Part shown: piece after piece, positions 57,541-59,015 of the stretch | How the letters are laid out: every line of letters starts with the position of its first letter | Position numbering within the stretch: the first letter of the stretch is position 1 | IMG/VR virus record: IMGVR_UViG_3300003653_000051 | Location: 1 to 59,015 of that record | DNA: 59,015 nt | Origin: a virus | Taxonomy: Duplodnaviria > Caudoviricetes | Direction: 5' to 3' (one strand) | Notes under the pieces: generated by a model | The model's database searches: none | The model's input: only the letters and a program-made list of their open reading frames with translations | Told to the model about the DNA's origin: nothing | Translations under genes and position numbers: made by a program

Positions 57541-57827
57541 CGAATGCTCCCAGCCATCACGGTCACGTTGACAGCAGCACCCGCAGCAGACCTGCGAAGC
57601 CAGAGGCGCGGCATCTTGGTGTCCCAGCCAAGGCCCGCGATGGCCGTGCCTGGAACCAGCTTGCCATGGTCCACGATCCCGTCGAAGGACAGCATGATGA
57701 CGTCTGCTGCCACGATGGACTCGTTGAAGAAGGTCCACGAATCAGGCTCGAACCCCAGCGCCACGCTCGGGGCGGCGGTGTAGGTGTCGGCTGCTACAGC
57801 AACGACGGTGAGGGGATGGATCGGCAT
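57537..57827 (-). CDS. small beta-rich structural protein
   Basis: Coupled to the LamG gene; SFDG motif. Confidence 0.6.
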   Translation of the reverse strand: MPIHPLTVVAVAADTYTAAPSVALGFEPDSWTFFNESIVAADVIMLSFDGIVDHGKLVPGTAIAGLGWDTKMPRLWLRRSAAGAAVNVTVMAGSIR

Positions 57828-57885
57828 GGGCCGAACCTATCACGTCCGGGGACGGATGGTGCCTACCGAAGAGGAAGAGGCAGGA

Positions 57886-58425
57886 TCAGGCGGAGATGAG
57901 CCCGAGAGAGACAAGGGCCGCATGGATGCCAGCACCCGAGACCGCCACACCCGCTGGACGAGCCACAGGGGTCGCACCGAAGAAGCCCAGACCCGTAGCG
58001 TTGCTCTGAATGGCGTAGGTGACGCCATCAGCCTTCTGAATCCCAACCTCCCCGCCAGTCGGAGCAGGACGAAGAAGAAGATCCGTCGCCATCCCGTGAA
58101 TCACCTGGACCGTCAGGATGCCAACCCCAGTGATGTCGTTGCTCCCACACACCAGAGACGAACTCAACGTGCAGGTGTTCAACGCCTTGTTGGTCAGAGT
58201 CTCAGACTCCACCGTGGACAGCCCGAACTCCACGTCATCCGTAGGACCCGTGTAGCTCGGAAGATCCCGGATGTAGAACCCACGACCCATCGAGGGAACA
58301 GAAGACAGAAGAGTCGCAGCAGACATGGCAAGCACAATGGCCCGACCACCCTGGAGAACACCCTGAAGAGGGTACGGAAGAGAAACCGAATCTACCGAAA
58401 CATTCCGAACCTCAACAGCAGGCAT
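57886..58425 (-). CDS. hypothetical structural (fibre-like) protein
   Basis: GGAGG RBS; ETLTNKAL and LGFFGATPVARPA...AALVSLGLI motifs. Confidence 0.65.
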   Translation of the reverse strand: MPAVEVRNVSVDSVSLPYPLQGVLQGGRAIVLAMSAATLLSSVPSMGRGFYIRDLPSYTGPTDDVEFGLSTVESETLTNKALNTCTLSSSLVCGSNDITGVGILTVQVIHGMATDLLLRPAPTGGEVGIQKADGVTYAIQSNATGLGFFGATPVARPAGVAVSGAGIHAALVSLGLISA

Positions 58426-58499
58426 GAACTTCCTCCAGAGGATGACCCCGAACTACAGCAGCCCAGGACAAACAAACACTACCACACCCCAGACCAACC

Positions 58500-58800
58500 C
58501 ACACAAGGAGGAATCCTACATCAGAGAACCTGAATAGAGATCCCCCCATCCTCGGGGATAGAATCCAGATTCTACATCCTGAATAAGCACACGCAAATCC
58601 TATAAAAAAATCCCAAACAACAGATCCCTCGGTGGGTAACCTCAGATCACAGAATCTGAATAGAGAACCTGGATCCAGCTCCCTGATCCTCGGGGATGAA
58701 TCTCCCCAGAATACCCATGCCTAACTTGAGGTTTTTTTATCCCAAAAAATCTGGGAACAAGGAATCCTATACACAAACCAGAGATCCAATCTGGCCAGGT
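58500..58800. repeat. AT-richer non-coding region with dispersed short repeats
   Basis: CTGAATAGAGA at 58530/58656; ATCCTCGGGGAT at 58548/58686; AATCCTA x3; A/T runs. Confidence 0.65.
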
Positions 58801-59015
58801 TCTATGTAGATTCCAGAAGCACTGTGTATCTGAACAGGTAGAGGGTTGCATTATTCGTCTTTTTGACCCGTCAAACATGGCATAAATTCTTCGCCTTACT
58901 GGCTTGCCCTAGAAAACAAGCAAAACAGGAAGACCAGCAGGGGTGTCAACCTGTGCAAGCGGAATCTGGTGTGGCTAGGTGCATCGGGAGGGGTGTACCT
59001 CCCCCCAGAGCCACC

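Larger units (their letters stand above)
1..59015. mobile_element. Tailed dsDNA bacteriophage genome (myovirus-type), complete or near-complete
   Basis: Terminase, portal, MCP, sheath/tube, baseplate, tape measure, lysis and replication modules are all present; no host housekeeping genes seen. Confidence 0.93.

Noticed and set aside
58500-58800. Possible CRISPR array
   Set aside because: Repeats are 10-12 nt, irregularly spaced and of several types; no cas genes
1-59015. Stop-codon reassignment, tRNA genes, integrase/att sites, terminal direct repeat
   Set aside because: Core genes are full length in the standard code; no cloverleaf, recombinase motif or end-to-end match seen by eye (not tested computationally)

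Overview
The window looks like a complete or near-complete genome of a GC-rich, contractile-tailed (myovirus-type) dsDNA phage. I saw no integrase, replicative helicase, RNA genes or CRISPR array. Bases 1-15.8 kb (+) hold replication/recombination genes: primase, a HIRAN protein, a UDG-like/PolA fusion polymerase, a UvsY-like protein, a gp32-like SSB, SbcD, SbcC and DUF3310, interspersed with small paralogous Zn-finger ORFs. Bases 15.9-49.8 kb (mostly -) hold tail fibre, baseplate, tape measure, tube, sheath, neck, major capsid, scaffold and portal genes. Bases 49.8-53.4 kb (+) hold a LexA-like HTH gene, a TerS candidate and an intein-containing TerL. Bases 53.4-58.4 kb (-) hold HNH, KTSC, a lysis cassette and a LamG protein, followed by a repeat-rich non-coding end. 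The most striking feature is a tandem array of nine genes (37.9-43.1 kb) between the portal and the scaffold/capsid genes. Their very basic products share one ~27-aa N-terminal leader (GL-x6-V[RK]GKxGx3R[ST]YWV[RK]) fused to different cargo: hydrophobic or glycine-zipper helices, or a zinc metallopeptidase. This is a candidate 'leader + cargo' capsid-packaging/ejection system. All assignments come from motif recognition and synteny; no database search was run.
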